Notes: generated from the letters alone by a model not told the origin. DNA of 24,251 nt from an uncultured candidatus Brocadiaceae bacterium (GCA_964415495.1 CAYQAQ010000002.1:1-24251), one strand, 5' to 3'. Counted from the first letter of the stretch, positions 8,239 through 18,128 are shown. Program-made: numbers and translations.

Positions 8239-9273
8239 ATGTACCGGCGAGCGGGGCCGCAGGGACCCTCTTGGACCATCTGGGACGATGCGCACCATAC
8301 CGACGTGCTGCACGCGCTCGCTGTTCCTGTTCAGGATGCCGGTCAACGGCTTGATGTCTGGCTCGAGACCCAGTTGGAGGGCTGCACGCGCAGTTTGGTC
8401 TCACGCTTGATCAAGCAGGACCTCTGCGCCGTGCAGTTGGCGAATGGCCAAACGCAGAAAGCCAAGGCGGGATATGCCCTGCGTGGCGGCGAGCAGATCA
8501 GTATCGAAGTGCCGGAGGTCGAACCGCCGAGTCTCGAAGCTGAGGACATTCCGCTCACCATCCTGCACGAAGACGCCCACTGCATCGCCATCGACAAGCC
8601 GCCGGGCATGGTCGTGCATCCGGCCGTTGGTCGCTGGCATGGCACCTTGGTCAACGCCCTGCTTGGTCGCTATGGCAGCCATCCGGGTGGCGATCCGTGG
8701 CGTCCGGGCATTGTGCATCGGCTCGATGAATTCACCTCCGGCGTCATGATCGTCGCGCGCACGCCGCAGGCTTTGACGTTTTTTCAAGATGCCTTTCGCG
8801 AACGGCGCGTGCACAAACGCTACCTCGCTCTGATGCATGGTGCGCCGCGCGCGGACTGGCTGGAACACACCGGCTGGCTCGGCCGTCATCCCAAAGATTT
8901 CCGCAAGCGGGCCGTCCTCCCGGAAGGCACCGGCGATGCGCGTGAGGCCTACACCGCCTTCGTCGTACGCGAACGCTGCGCTGGCTATGCGGTGATCGAA
9001 GCGCGCCCGCGCACCGGGCGCACGCACCAGATCCGCGTGCATGCCACCGCGCTTGGCCATCCAATCCTGGCCGATGCGACCTATGGCCGCAGTGCCTGCT
9101 GGCCGCTGCATGCAGCAGCCGACGCCCCGCAGGTGATCCGGCGGCAAGCCCTGCACGCCTGGGCCCTGGACGTGCCCCATCCCGATGGTGGTCGCTTGCG
9201 CGTAGACGCGCCCATTCCCAGCGACCTCGCGCCGTGGATCAGCGCGGGGCTGACGGTGCTGCCGTTGACGTGA
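8239..9273 (+). CDS. rluD: RluA/RluD-family 23S rRNA pseudouridine synthase with S4 domain
   Basis: RLDVWL..TRSLVSRLIK (S4), IDKPPGMVVHP, IVHRLDEFTSG (catalytic Asp), TGRTHQIRVH, RQALHAW. Exact start uncertain (GTG 8305 possible). Confidence 0.9.
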   Translation: MYRRAGPQGPSWTIWDDAHHTDVLHALAVPVQDAGQRLDVWLETQLEGCTRSLVSRLIKQDLCAVQLANGQTQKAKAGYALRGGEQISIEVPEVEPPSLEAEDIPLTILHEDAHCIAIDKPPGMVVHPAVGRWHGTLVNALLGRYGSHPGGDPWRPGIVHRLDEFTSGVMIVARTPQALTFFQDAFRERRVHKRYLALMHGAPRADWLEHTGWLGRHPKDFRKRAVLPEGTGDAREAYTAFVVRERCAGYAVIEARPRTGRTHQIRVHATALGHPILADATYGRSACWPLHAAADAPQVIRRQALHAWALDVPHPDGGRLRVDAPIPSDLAPWISAGLTVLPLT

Positions 9274-10141
9274 GCTGGGCCAGGGCCTGCGCCGCCAGTT
9301 GTGCGGCCGTGCCGCTCACGGTGACCGTGCGCAGACGACCTTCCTGGTCGGCCAGCCGTGCGATCAGATGCCAGCGCCCATCGCGATCCCGCGTCACGTG
9401 ACAACCGAAGGGCAATGAGCAGCCCCCGCGCAAGCCTGCGAGCACGGCGCGTTCGGTGTCGACCGCGATCGCCGTCGGTGCGTGATCGAGGCAGCCGAGC
9501 AGATACTGCGCGCGATGATCGTCGTGCCGGCAATCGACGGCGACGGCACCTTGCGCGGGGGACGGTGTGCATTCCGTGCGCGGATGGAGCGGCACCGCGC
9601 GGGCGCTGCGCAGCAAACCCAAGCGCTGCAAGCCCGCCATTGCCATCAGCGTTGCATCGACTTCACCCTCGCGGACTTTGCGCAGTCGGGTATCCACGTT
9701 GCCGCGAATCGGCACAAAGGTCAGGTCGGGTCGCAAGGCCGCCAATTGTGCCTGACGCCGCAAGCTTGAGGTGCCCATCACCGCACCCTGCGGCAGGGCG
9801 CTGACGCTGGCGGCACCGATCAACGCATCACGCGCATCCGCGCGGCGCAGGATGGCAGCCAGGGTCAGCCCCTCTGGCGTACTCGTCGGCAGGTCTTTGC
9901 ACGAGTGGACGCCGACATCGGCGGTGCCGGCGAGCACCGCGTCATGGACTTCTTTAGCGAAAACGCCGATGCCACCCATGCCATAGAGCGGGGTGGTGCG
10001 ATCGCGATCACCGGTGGAGACCACGGGGACCAGGACCACACGCAGGCCTGGATGTGCGCGGCGCAGCTGGACCGCAACATCGCGTGCCTGCCACATCGCG
10101 AGCGGACTGGCGCGCGTGGCCAAGCGCAGCGGCGCGCTCAT
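9239..10141 (-). CDS. hemC: Hydroxymethylbilane synthase (porphobilinogen deaminase)
   Basis: LATRASPLAMWQA, VHSCKDLP, GTSSLRR.AQL, IRGNVDTRL, GGCSLP (cofactor Cys). 3' end overlaps convergent rluD by 35 nt. Confidence 0.95.
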   Translation of the reverse strand: MSAPLRLATRASPLAMWQARDVAVQLRRAHPGLRVVLVPVVSTGDRDRTTPLYGMGGIGVFAKEVHDAVLAGTADVGVHSCKDLPTSTPEGLTLAAILRRADARDALIGAASVSALPQGAVMGTSSLRRQAQLAALRPDLTFVPIRGNVDTRLRKVREGEVDATLMAMAGLQRLGLLRSARAVPLHPRTECTPSPAQGAVAVDCRHDDHRAQYLLGCLDHAPTAIAVDTERAVLAGLRGGCSLPFGCHVTRDRDGRWHLIARLADQEGRLRTVTVSGTAAQLAAQALAQLTSTAAPSAPR

Positions 10142-12822
10142 CGTTGCGGCTTCAACCGCTGGAGGCGTTCATGCAGTTCGCCCAGCGCCGCGCACAGGAG
10201 ATCATTGGCCAATTGCGCGTGGCCTTGCTCCATGCGATCGACCGAAATCGAACGCGCGGGGCGCAAGTCGATTTTGGGCAGGACCAGCTTGCGCTTCGCC
10301 ATCTCTTCATCGAGCAGGATCCACATGCGGTCGGCTTCATCGAGCTTGTCGACATCGACTCGGCTCGGGCCCAGCACAGGCACCAGAATAATGCCGGTTT
10401 CCAACGAGCGATTGATCAGCGGAACCCAGAAATTCCGCACCCCTTGATCTGCGGACATGCCGGCCTGCAATTCATTGCCAGCCGAAATCACAATCAGCAG
10501 GTGGTGTGAATCGGGATGGACCACGGCTTTTCTGGGGTCCTTTTCTTTAAACAAATTGGTCAGCCATTGGTCGTGCAGGACCAGGTTTTCGAGGGTCTTG
10601 TTGGGCGCGTCCTTGCCCATCCAGGGTTCGCGGAAGACCGTCTTGAGCTGTGCGCGCACCGCGGTGTTCCAATCGCCGGCAGTCATGCGCTCGGTGAGCA
10701 GGATTTTGAATTTAGACGGGGTGAGCCAACGGGGATTATTCTGTTTTCGCGGAGCGCTGACGACTTTCACCAACTCGATGAGTTCGCTGTACGTCGGCGT
10801 CAGTAGCGCGCGGCCGCCCAGGGCGAGATCATCGGCCGTCGCCGGACGCTCAGGCGTCACGACGGTCTTGCCGACGAGGAATTCGGTGGTGGCCGAACGC
10901 ACGTCCTCCAAGCGCATAGCCACCCACGGCGTGCGATTTTCAGGTGCGGTGATCAGAACGCGGTTCCACACCATGGGTTCCAACGGACAGGCGACGCGAA
11001 CGGTACGACCCTGCTGATCGCTGAAGATGGCGACCAGTTCTTCGCGGTCGGGACGGCGCGGATGCACCACCATCGCAACGCCCGACCCTGGGCTGAGCGG
11101 TTCGGGAAAACGCATGGCGACGTGATTGCTGCCGGTGCGTCGCAGGATTTCCGACTGTTGATACGGCCCACCGTGATCCGGTGCGGTATAACGTGCGTCC
11201 GTGGGGTCATCGCGGCCTCGAGTTGGTGGCAACTCCAAGGGATCCCAGGGGACGACTTTGTGGGTGAAATCGTCGAGGCTCAATGCAGACAGCGCTGATG
11301 CCGCAGGGCTGGTCGCTACGGCTGGCTCCGCGGTATCCGCGGCAGGAGCTGCCGGATCTCCGCGTTCCGTCGGCTCTTCGTCTTTGACCACGGGGTCGGC
11401 CCCGGGCGTTGCGGTCCCGGGCGTTGCGGGCGCATCGTCAACCATCGCCACGGACGCATCGTCATTACGCACGAAGACAGCCGGCGTCTTGGCCCGTCCG
11501 CTGCGCACGCCATCGGCAGGGCCCTGGCCACCCGGAGTTTCGAGAAAGAGCGCGTCTACCCGGGTATCCCGACCAATAGCCGTGATTTGAATGTGGATCT
11601 CCGCCGACGCGACGGCGAGATCGGGAATGTCGATCGGATACCAATCGATGGGGCTGCCTTGGACCAAGCGCAGCATCTCGCTTTTGTGGCTATCGACGAT
11701 GACATTGATGGTGCTGCCGGTGGCGTCGCTGGGAGCGACGCGGATCCAGCAGCGATACGCTCCCGCTTCGAGTCGGAAACCACCACTGATACTACCGTCG
11801 GCGGCGATCAGACGTCGGCCCGTTGGTCCGACCGGACGCCACGCGTTTTGACCTGGGCGCTCACCCAAGGCAACGGCCGGAATAAACCAGGCGACGCTCG
11901 ACGTGGTGGAGGAGGCATCCGTGATCACAGGCGTCGTGGTCGGCGTCGTGGATGCCGCTGGCGCGACGCCTGGCGCCGTCGTGACTGGTGCCGTCGGATC
12001 TGCGGCGGGGGCTACCGGCGTGTCCGCTTGTTGGACACGCGCCAAGGCGATGCGTCGCGACAGCGGTTCGATCCGTGTGCGCAGCGGGCGGAAGCGCAGG
12101 TCGTCGGGGATGTCGACTTCGGCCAAATCCTGGTCTGCCTCACGCGCTTGCCCGGCGGCCAAACGCGCTTCGATGGCGTCGAGCGTGACTGCGATCTCAG
12201 CCTCCAACTCGCGGGCGATCTGCGTCAACAGGGGACTCGGCGTCGTGGGATCCGTACTCGCCTCGTGCCAGGCCACACGCGCGACGGGATCGAAGTCGAG
12301 GCGCTGCTTGTCGCTTCCTGGCATTACCACGGCGGGTGCGGCGGTGGTCGAAGCGCTCGACGGTGGCGCATCGCCACTGAAACCGATGGTGATGATGGTG
12401 CCGAGAATGACGACAGCGGCACCCGCGCCCGCCATCCACATCCAGGGTGCTGGGAGGCTGGGTGCGCGACGCGTGGCCGGCGGCAGTTTGGGCACCGGTT
12501 TGTGATCGACCGGAATGGTCGGCGCATCGAAGCGGCCGCCACCCTGCAACGCCCGGCGATGCTGGTTGAGCTGGGTCGTGGTCGTGAACGAATACGCCTG
12601 CAACCGGGGATAGCGTCGACGCGGCACGCGATAGGTGGTGACGTCCAAGCCCCGGATCGCGCGCAGCTGATTGATCTTCACCTGCGCCGTGCCCGGCAAG
12701 GTGTCGACACAGAGCGGGCAAATCAGTTTCCCATCAATACGTACCGCGAGACCTTCTGCCAGCTCGCCCGCCGAAATGGGGGCGCCGCAAGACGAGCACG
12801 GCGTAGTGGTGGGCTGATCCAT
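10138..12822 (-). CDS. 894-aa hypothetical membrane-anchored protein (N-terminal CxxC-x22-CxxC, one TM helix, large C-terminal region)
   Basis: Start reassigned to ATG 12822 because the upstream 106 codons overlap the SDR gene. CSSC...CPLC; hydrophobic WMWMAGAGAAVVILGTIITIGF; Ala/Pro/Thr linkers. Stop overlaps the hemC start by 4 nt. Confidence 0.8.
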   Translation of the reverse strand: MDQPTTTPCSSCGAPISAGELAEGLAVRIDGKLICPLCVDTLPGTAQVKINQLRAIRGLDVTTYRVPRRRYPRLQAYSFTTTTQLNQHRRALQGGGRFDAPTIPVDHKPVPKLPPATRRAPSLPAPWMWMAGAGAAVVILGTIITIGFSGDAPPSSASTTAAPAVVMPGSDKQRLDFDPVARVAWHEASTDPTTPSPLLTQIARELEAEIAVTLDAIEARLAAGQAREADQDLAEVDIPDDLRFRPLRTRIEPLSRRIALARVQQADTPVAPAADPTAPVTTAPGVAPAASTTPTTTPVITDASSTTSSVAWFIPAVALGERPGQNAWRPVGPTGRRLIAADGSISGGFRLEAGAYRCWIRVAPSDATGSTINVIVDSHKSEMLRLVQGSPIDWYPIDIPDLAVASAEIHIQITAIGRDTRVDALFLETPGGQGPADGVRSGRAKTPAVFVRNDDASVAMVDDAPATPGTATPGADPVVKDEEPTERGDPAAPAADTAEPAVATSPAASALSALSLDDFTHKVVPWDPLELPPTRGRDDPTDARYTAPDHGGPYQQSEILRRTGSNHVAMRFPEPLSPGSGVAMVVHPRRPDREELVAIFSDQQGRTVRVACPLEPMVWNRVLITAPENRTPWVAMRLEDVRSATTEFLVGKTVVTPERPATADDLALGGRALLTPTYSELIELVKVVSAPRKQNNPRWLTPSKFKILLTERMTAGDWNTAVRAQLKTVFREPWMGKDAPNKTLENLVLHDQWLTNLFKEKDPRKAVVHPDSHHLLIVISAGNELQAGMSADQGVRNFWVPLINRSLETGIILVPVLGPSRVDVDKLDEADRMWILLDEEMAKRKLVLPKIDLRPARSISVDRMEQGHAQLANDLLCAALGELHERLQRLKPQR

Positions 12823-12848
12823 GGCGGGTAGGCTACTGACCGGTATGC

Positions 12849-13616
12849 TTACAGGGTACGCAGGTGGAAGCCACCGTCGACGTTGAGAATTTCCCCAGTC
12901 GAAAACGGCAGGTCGCCGCGCGCGATGGCGGCGACTGCGCGCCCGATGTCCTCGGGTTTGCCCCAACGCCGGATCGGTGCCATGCCGTCGGCAATCAGCT
13001 GATCGTATTTCGCCTTGACCGGTCCGGTCATGTCGGTGGCGATCACGCCGGGGCGGATCTCGTAAACGCGGATACCGTCGTTGGCCAAACGGGCCGCGAA
13101 CAATGCGGTCATCATGCCGATGCCGGCCTTGGTCACGCAATAATCGCCACGGTTCACGGAAGCAGTATACGCCGAGATTGACGAGACGTTGATGATCTGT
13201 CCGCGATCACCCTGGGCGTCCGGTGGTTGGGTCAGCAGGTGGCGGGCCACGGCTTGGCTGAGAAAATACGGCCCTTTCAGATTGATGCCGATCAGGCGGT
13301 CGAAGCTGGTTTCATCCGCCTCGAGCAAATCCGCACGCACATTGGGGGCCACGCCGGCGTTGTTGACCAGCAGGTCCAGACGCGACTGCCAGGCCAGCGT
13401 TTCGGCGAGCAGACGCGTGCGGTCTGCAGCATCGCCAACATCGCCTTGAACTGCGATCGCAGTGCCGCCGGCGTCCGTAACCAACTGGCAACACTCTTCG
13501 GCAGCCGATTTATTCCCAGCGTAGTTGACGACCACCTGCCAGCCCAGACCGCCCAGAGCGACAGCGATACCGCGACCAATGCCGCGACTAGATCCGGTGA
13601 CGAGAGCGGTAGGCAT
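12849..13616 (-). CDS. Classical short-chain dehydrogenase/reductase (3-ketoacyl-ACP reductase-like)
   Basis: [12 protein letters not shown], catalytic [22 protein letters not shown]. Substrate not assignable. Confidence 0.92.
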   Translation of the reverse strand: MPTALVTGSSRGIGRGIAVALGGLGWQVVVNYAGNKSAAEECCQLVTDAGGTAIAVQGDVGDAADRTRLLAETLAWQSRLDLLVNNAGVAPNVRADLLEADETSFDRLIGINLKGPYFLSQAVARHLLTQPPDAQGDRGQIINVSSISAYTASVNRGDYCVTKAGIGMMTALFAARLANDGIRVYEIRPGVIATDMTGPVKAKYDQLIADGMAPIRRWGKPEDIGRAVAAIARGDLPFSTGEILNVDGGFHLRTL

Positions 13617-13741
13617 GCGAGACTCCTGCAGGGTCGCTCACGGTGGTCTCCCACCTGGAGCGGTCAAGCCAGGTCCGCGCCGTGCTGTCGCCAAAGCGGC
13701 AACTGGCATTCGTTCCGCTCTAAAGGTAGGCTGCGGATGTC

Positions 13742-14320
13742 ATGAGCGAATCTGAAGGCCCAATCCCGCTCACGTCCGCACTCAATGATCCCTTAGTGCT
13801 GGCGATGCCGCGCAAAGAGCTCTTCCGCATCAATGGCTTCATCACCACCATCGACATGGCCATCATCGAAGCCGTGGCCGAAGATTCCTGGTACGGCGCT
13901 GCCTCGACGCTGATCAATAACTTCGACGCCAAGGAAATTCGCTTAGGCTTGGTAGTCAGTCAGGATGACCAGGTGCTCGTCGATGAGGGCGGCAATCTGC
14001 TGCATACCACCCGCATCGGACCTGAAGTGGCCAAACTCGGCAAAGGCCTCAAGGCCTTGCGCGATCTGGCCCGCTTGGCCGGGGCGCATTTCCTGGGTGT
14101 CGACAACGTACGCTGTGAATTGGCGGGCTTTCTCAACGAAGATGGCCTCGCAGAACACCGCCATGCGTTCTACATGGTCTATCGCTGCCGCCTAGGCAAG
14201 TCCGTGCCGCCACCCCACAGCATGACTTGGGTCGGCATCCACCACTTGGTATCCATGCCGCTCGACCCCGTCAGCATCCTGGTCGCTGGTGGACTTTTTC
14301 CACCGGTCAAACATGGCTGA
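13742..14320 (+). CDS. Hypothetical protein, likely degenerate Nudix-fold (COG4112/YmaB-like)
   Basis: LVLAMPRKELF..GF N-terminus and ELAGFLNED....H..YMVYRCRL resemble, from memory, the COG4112 pattern. No Nudix-box glutamates. Stop overlaps the kinase start by 8 nt. Confidence 0.55.
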   Translation: MSESEGPIPLTSALNDPLVLAMPRKELFRINGFITTIDMAIIEAVAEDSWYGAASTLINNFDAKEIRLGLVVSQDDQVLVDEGGNLLHTTRIGPEVAKLGKGLKALRDLARLAGAHFLGVDNVRCELAGFLNEDGLAEHRHAFYMVYRCRLGKSVPPPHSMTWVGIHHLVSMPLDPVSILVAGGLFPPVKHG

Positions 14321-17300
14321 TTCCCGTCGCATCAAAGCCCTGGAACCGACTCCGATTCGCCTGCCGCTGCAGCCGAACTCCAGTGCCGATTCTACCGCCG
14401 ATTTCAGCGAAGTGACCCCGACCGCGATCACCCTCGGCATAGGTGAGGCGTCATCGCCGCTAACCGACCACGCCGCGCAAGAACCGACCCGCCGCGTCAC
14501 GAGCAGCAGTACCTTCCGGCAGACGCTCAAAGGCGCCGACAAGCCCAGTGAGCTCACCCGCTTGCTGCGTGGCTGGCATCAGGCCGTAACCACGCGTGAT
14601 CCCGAACCGCGCTTCGCCCTTCTGGACAAACTGGGCGAAGGCGCGCAAGGCGTGGTGTATCGGCTGGTCGATCGCGACTGCCGCCGCGAGATCGCATTCA
14701 AAACCGTCAAGGCATCCGATGCCGATGGGCATGAGCTGAGTCGCTTCGTGCACGAGGCGCAAATTACGGCCCAGCTCGAACACCCCGGCATTATTCCGGT
14801 TCACGATTTCGGTGTGCTTAATGACGGCACCGTCTTCTACAGCATGAAGCAGGTGGAAGGGGTTCACCTCGCCGAATGGTTGCATGAGCGCAAGGGCCGA
14901 CCTGAGCATCGCTTCGATGTGCTGCAAGTCTTTCTGCGCGTCTGCGAAGCCGTCGCCTTCGCGCACAGTCGCGGTGTCGTGCATCGCGATCTCAAGCCAC
15001 GCAATATCATGGTCGGTCGTTTCGGTGAAGTGTTGGTCATGGACTGGGGCTTGGCCAAGATCATCGGTACCGAAGAAGATGGAGCGACAACCGTGACCTC
15101 GGTGCGCTCGGAAGAGAGCGGTGATCAGGACATCCATCGCACCTTGGCTGGTTTCGCAGTGGGAACTCCAGCATACATGAGCCCGGAATGCGCGCGCGGT
15201 GACGCCTATCGCACCGATGCGCGCAGCGATGTATATTCGCTCGGCGTGATTCTGTACGAAATGCTCAGCGGCGAATCGCCGTGGATTCGCGGCGACGTTC
15301 AGCGCACCTTGCAGCAGGTTGCGGCCGGCAAGGCGCGCCCGATCGATGAACGACGTTTGGGTGATGGTGGCCGTACGCTGGCTGCGATCGTCCAGCGCGC
15401 GATGGCGCGTGATACGGTCGGCCGCTATGCCAGCGTCGACGATTTCTCCGCCGATTTGCGCAGCTTCCTGGCCGGTTCCGCGGTCAGCGCTTATCGCGAA
15501 AGTGCCTTGGAAACCGCCATCCGTACCATGCGGCGCCTTCGCAAGCCGCTCCTCGCCGCCCTTACCGTGGGTTCGATCATGTTGGCCGCGATTGTCGTCT
15601 GGCGGGTGCGCGAATACCAGGTGGTCACCAACGCAGTAGCCGATCTGCGCCACGAGGCGGGTGAGGCGATCAGTCAGGGCGACTTCGACCGGGCCCGCAG
15701 TCGCTACGAACAGCTGTTGGCTTTGCGACCCGGCGACGGCCAGGCGGAAGCCGATCTTTTGCGTACCGAAGATCTGCTGCGCCAACGCCAAGCAGCCGAA
15801 GAAGCGCGACGCGCGCGCGCCTTGGCGGCCGATCTCCGGCATCGCGCGGATAGTCTGGCGCAGAGTGGCTCTGCTGATGATTTGCGGCGGGCCACTGAGT
15901 TGTATCTCCAGGCTCTTGGCCTGACGCCGACCGATTCAGCGCTGACTGCCGCCTATCAAGAGGCAGAACGGCGCCTAGCGGCGATCGTCGAAGAGCGCCG
16001 CGCTCAGGCGGTCGTCACCGCCAATCGTCAGCGCGCAGCGGAACTGCTCGCGCGTGCTAACCAAGCTGCGAGCGAAAACCGCTTGGGGGAAGCCCTCGCC
16101 CTGACCGAAGCGTCTTTGCATCTGAATCCCGGTGAGGAAGCCCGTGAACTGCTGCGGTCGCTCGATCAACGCATTGCCGAACAAGAACGTGTGCTCGCCC
16201 TGGCTGTACGCCGACAGGAGGCCGACGGCATCGCCGCAGCGACCGATGTCGCGCTGGCGGCAGGACAGGTCGATCAGGCGCAACGTCTGGTTGAACGCAT
16301 GCGCGGCATCGATGCCGAACACCCCCGCCTTATCGATCTCGATCGCATCACCGCCGAGGCCGTACGCGATCAACGGCAGCGCCGGGCCCATGATCTGATG
16401 CGCGAAGCGCAAACCTTGGTTACCGATGCCGAGGCCCGCCAAGTGACCATCAATGAGACGTCGGTACAAGTCCAGCAGCGCGAGGCCGAATTAATCGAAC
16501 ATGGCGATCCTGCTGCGCGCAGCGCCTTGCGCCAATTGGAAGCGCAGCTGGAGCGGCATACGCAGCAGCGATCCGCCAAGCTGTCCCGTGCTGTTGGTCT
16601 GCTGCATCAAGCGCACGTGATCGCAGCGGATGACCCAACCGTCACCGCCGCCATCGCCGATTTCTTCGTCGCCCGTCTTCTGGATGCAGAGCGGGAGGGT
16701 GACACCGCCGCCGCTGAAGCCGCTGCCGCCCAAGCCCGCATTTACGATGACGGCTCGCGCGCCAATGTCCTGGACGGCATCGGTCGCATTGAGAATACCA
16801 GCGCCACCCCGATCACCGTGCAGCGGTTGGAACCGGGCCCAGAACGCAGTGACGTGGTCAGCGGAACCGCCATCGCCATTCCCGCTGGTTCCGGCAAAGA
16901 TCTTCCAGGTGGGCGGTACCTGGTCCGGTGGAACGATCACGCGGTCATCGCCCGTCGCCTCGATCGCGGCTCAGTATTGAAAGTGGCTTCGTGTCCGGAA
17001 ATCCAGGTGCCCGCCGATCGCGTGATCATTCCGGCAGGACCGATCTACGCCAACAGTGGCCGCCTGCTGCGCACGGTGGATGCCTTCGTGATCACGCGCA
17101 CCGAGATCACCAGCGGCGAATATCTGGAGTTTCTCAACGACCCGACGACGCGACGGCAGATCGTCGAGGCCTTGCACAATGGCGAACTGATTCGCGCGCC
17201 ACGTGAGGGTCTCAATGCCATGGATCCGTTGTGGCGTACGCGGGGGACTTTGTCGCGCAGTTCGGTAGGAAGCTTCACGTTGACGTACATTGACGGCAGT

Positions 17301-17762
17301 GCGATCAATCCACGGCAACCGGTGTCCGGGATCAGTTTCCTCGATGCCCAGGCGTATGCCGCGTGGCGCGCGGACCGCGACGGTGTGCCGTGGCGACTAC
17401 CGACCCGTGATGAATGGCTGCTTGCCGCCCAGGGCGGCGATGGGCGGCGCCATCCGTGGGGCATGAATGCCGATCCTGGCTTAGCCTATGGCTTTGTCTC
17501 GGCCCTGCGGGCCAGCGCGACCGGGACCCTGCTGCCAGTGGGCTCATTCCCCAGCGATACGTCCGTGCAAGGCGTGCTCGATTTGGCCGGGTCGCTTTCT
17601 GAATTCATTGCCGACCCGTCGGCTGACCCGGGTCTGGCCGTGATCGTCGGTGGCAATCGCGCCGATCGACAGGTGGGTCACTTCAACGTGTGGTCGCGCC
17701 GCGAGATCCAACGCCGGTTGCCGTCGCCGCAATGCGGCATCCGTCTGGTGCACTCTTTCTGA
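14313..17762 (+). CDS. Hanks-type Ser/Thr kinase - TM - TPR/coiled-coil - FGE-sulfatase (SUMF1-like) domain protein
   Basis: LGEGAQGVVY, AFK, HRDLKPRN, DWG, GTPAYMSPE, DVYSLG; TM LLAALTVGSIMLAAIVVW; helical Ala/Glu/Arg-rich repeats; FGE-fold motifs TEIT..EY.EFL, PV.GISF.DAQAYAAW, RLPT.DEW..AA.G.DGR.HPWG, GV.DLAG.LSEF, GIRLV. Start set at ATG 14313. Confidence 0.92.
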   Translation: MADSRRIKALEPTPIRLPLQPNSSADSTADFSEVTPTAITLGIGEASSPLTDHAAQEPTRRVTSSSTFRQTLKGADKPSELTRLLRGWHQAVTTRDPEPRFALLDKLGEGAQGVVYRLVDRDCRREIAFKTVKASDADGHELSRFVHEAQITAQLEHPGIIPVHDFGVLNDGTVFYSMKQVEGVHLAEWLHERKGRPEHRFDVLQVFLRVCEAVAFAHSRGVVHRDLKPRNIMVGRFGEVLVMDWGLAKIIGTEEDGATTVTSVRSEESGDQDIHRTLAGFAVGTPAYMSPECARGDAYRTDARSDVYSLGVILYEMLSGESPWIRGDVQRTLQQVAAGKARPIDERRLGDGGRTLAAIVQRAMARDTVGRYASVDDFSADLRSFLAGSAVSAYRESALETAIRTMRRLRKPLLAALTVGSIMLAAIVVWRVREYQVVTNAVADLRHEAGEAISQGDFDRARSRYEQLLALRPGDGQAEADLLRTEDLLRQRQAAEEARRARALAADLRHRADSLAQSGSADDLRRATELYLQALGLTPTDSALTAAYQEAERRLAAIVEERRAQAVVTANRQRAAELLARANQAASENRLGEALALTEASLHLNPGEEARELLRSLDQRIAEQERVLALAVRRQEADGIAAATDVALAAGQVDQAQRLVERMRGIDAEHPRLIDLDRITAEAVRDQRQRRAHDLMREAQTLVTDAEARQVTINETSVQVQQREAELIEHGDPAARSALRQLEAQLERHTQQRSAKLSRAVGLLHQAHVIAADDPTVTAAIADFFVARLLDAEREGDTAAAEAAAAQARIYDDGSRANVLDGIGRIENTSATPITVQRLEPGPERSDVVSGTAIAIPAGSGKDLPGGRYLVRWNDHAVIARRLDRGSVLKVASCPEIQVPADRVIIPAGPIYANSGRLLRTVDAFVITRTEITSGEYLEFLNDPTTRRQIVEALHNGELIRAPREGLNAMDPLWRTRGTLSRSSVGSFTLTYIDGSAINPRQPVSGISFLDAQAYAAWRADRDGVPWRLPTRDEWLLAAQGGDGRRHPWGMNADPGLAYGFVSALRASATGTLLPVGSFPSDTSVQGVLDLAGSLSEFIADPSADPGLAVIVGGNRADRQVGHFNVWSRREIQRRLPSPQCGIRLVHSF

Positions 17763-17840
17763 GCGTGCTGCCCTGAGCTGCGCAGATGGTCGGCCCATTG
17801 GCCCCTAGTCACTGGCGACGCCGTCCACAGACTGCCGCCC

Positions 17841-18128
17841 ATGCGCTATCGTGATGCACCTCATATCGACGTGGGCAGTTTCTATGCTCGTCGCCCCGAG
17901 ATTGGACGGCTCTTCCGCCTGCTTGGACTCCTCGGCGTGCTGTGCGCCGCGCTGTTGCCTCCGACCACGTTGGGCTGGCTGCTCGGCGGCTTGATCCTGG
18001 TGTGGCTCGGTGCGTGGTACTTGGTGGTCGGGACCTTGTGGCGCAGCAGTGTGGTGGCCGCCCTCTTGGTCGCGGCCTTGCGCCTGAGCCACGTGTTGCT
18101 CGGCTGTGCGACCGAGTGTGCCGTATGA
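17841..18128 (+). CDS. Small (95 aa) hydrophobic membrane protein
   Basis: About three hydrophobic segments. Fills the gap and its TGA overlaps the psd ATG (ATGA 18125-18128). Confidence 0.6.
   Translation: MRYRDAPHIDVGSFYARRPEIGRLFRLLGLLGVLCAALLPPTTLGWLLGGLILVWLGAWYLVVGTLWRSSVVAALLVAALRLSHVLLGCATECAV

Noticed and set aside
9239-9273. Convergent 3' overlaps rluD/hemC (35 nt) and HTH-transglutaminase/lipA (11 nt)
   Set aside because: Short tail-to-tail overlaps are common in compact GC-rich genomes, and nothing here suggests antisense regulation.
11401-11430. 15-nt tandem repeat CCCGGGCGTTGCGG(T/G) x2
   Set aside because: It is an in-frame duplication encoding an ATPG linker repeat in a low-complexity protein region.
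12823-13140. N-terminal extensions given by the ORF track (also 216-329, 2433-2513, 17942-18124, 21622-21846)
   Set aside because: They overlap neighbouring genes or lack homology-like content; downstream starts fit the family N-termini and overlap patterns better.
17000-17762. FGE/C-type-lectin-fold C-terminus as a possible diversity-generating retroelement target
   Set aside because: No reverse transcriptase, no template-repeat copy and no adenine-specific near-duplicate were seen in the window.
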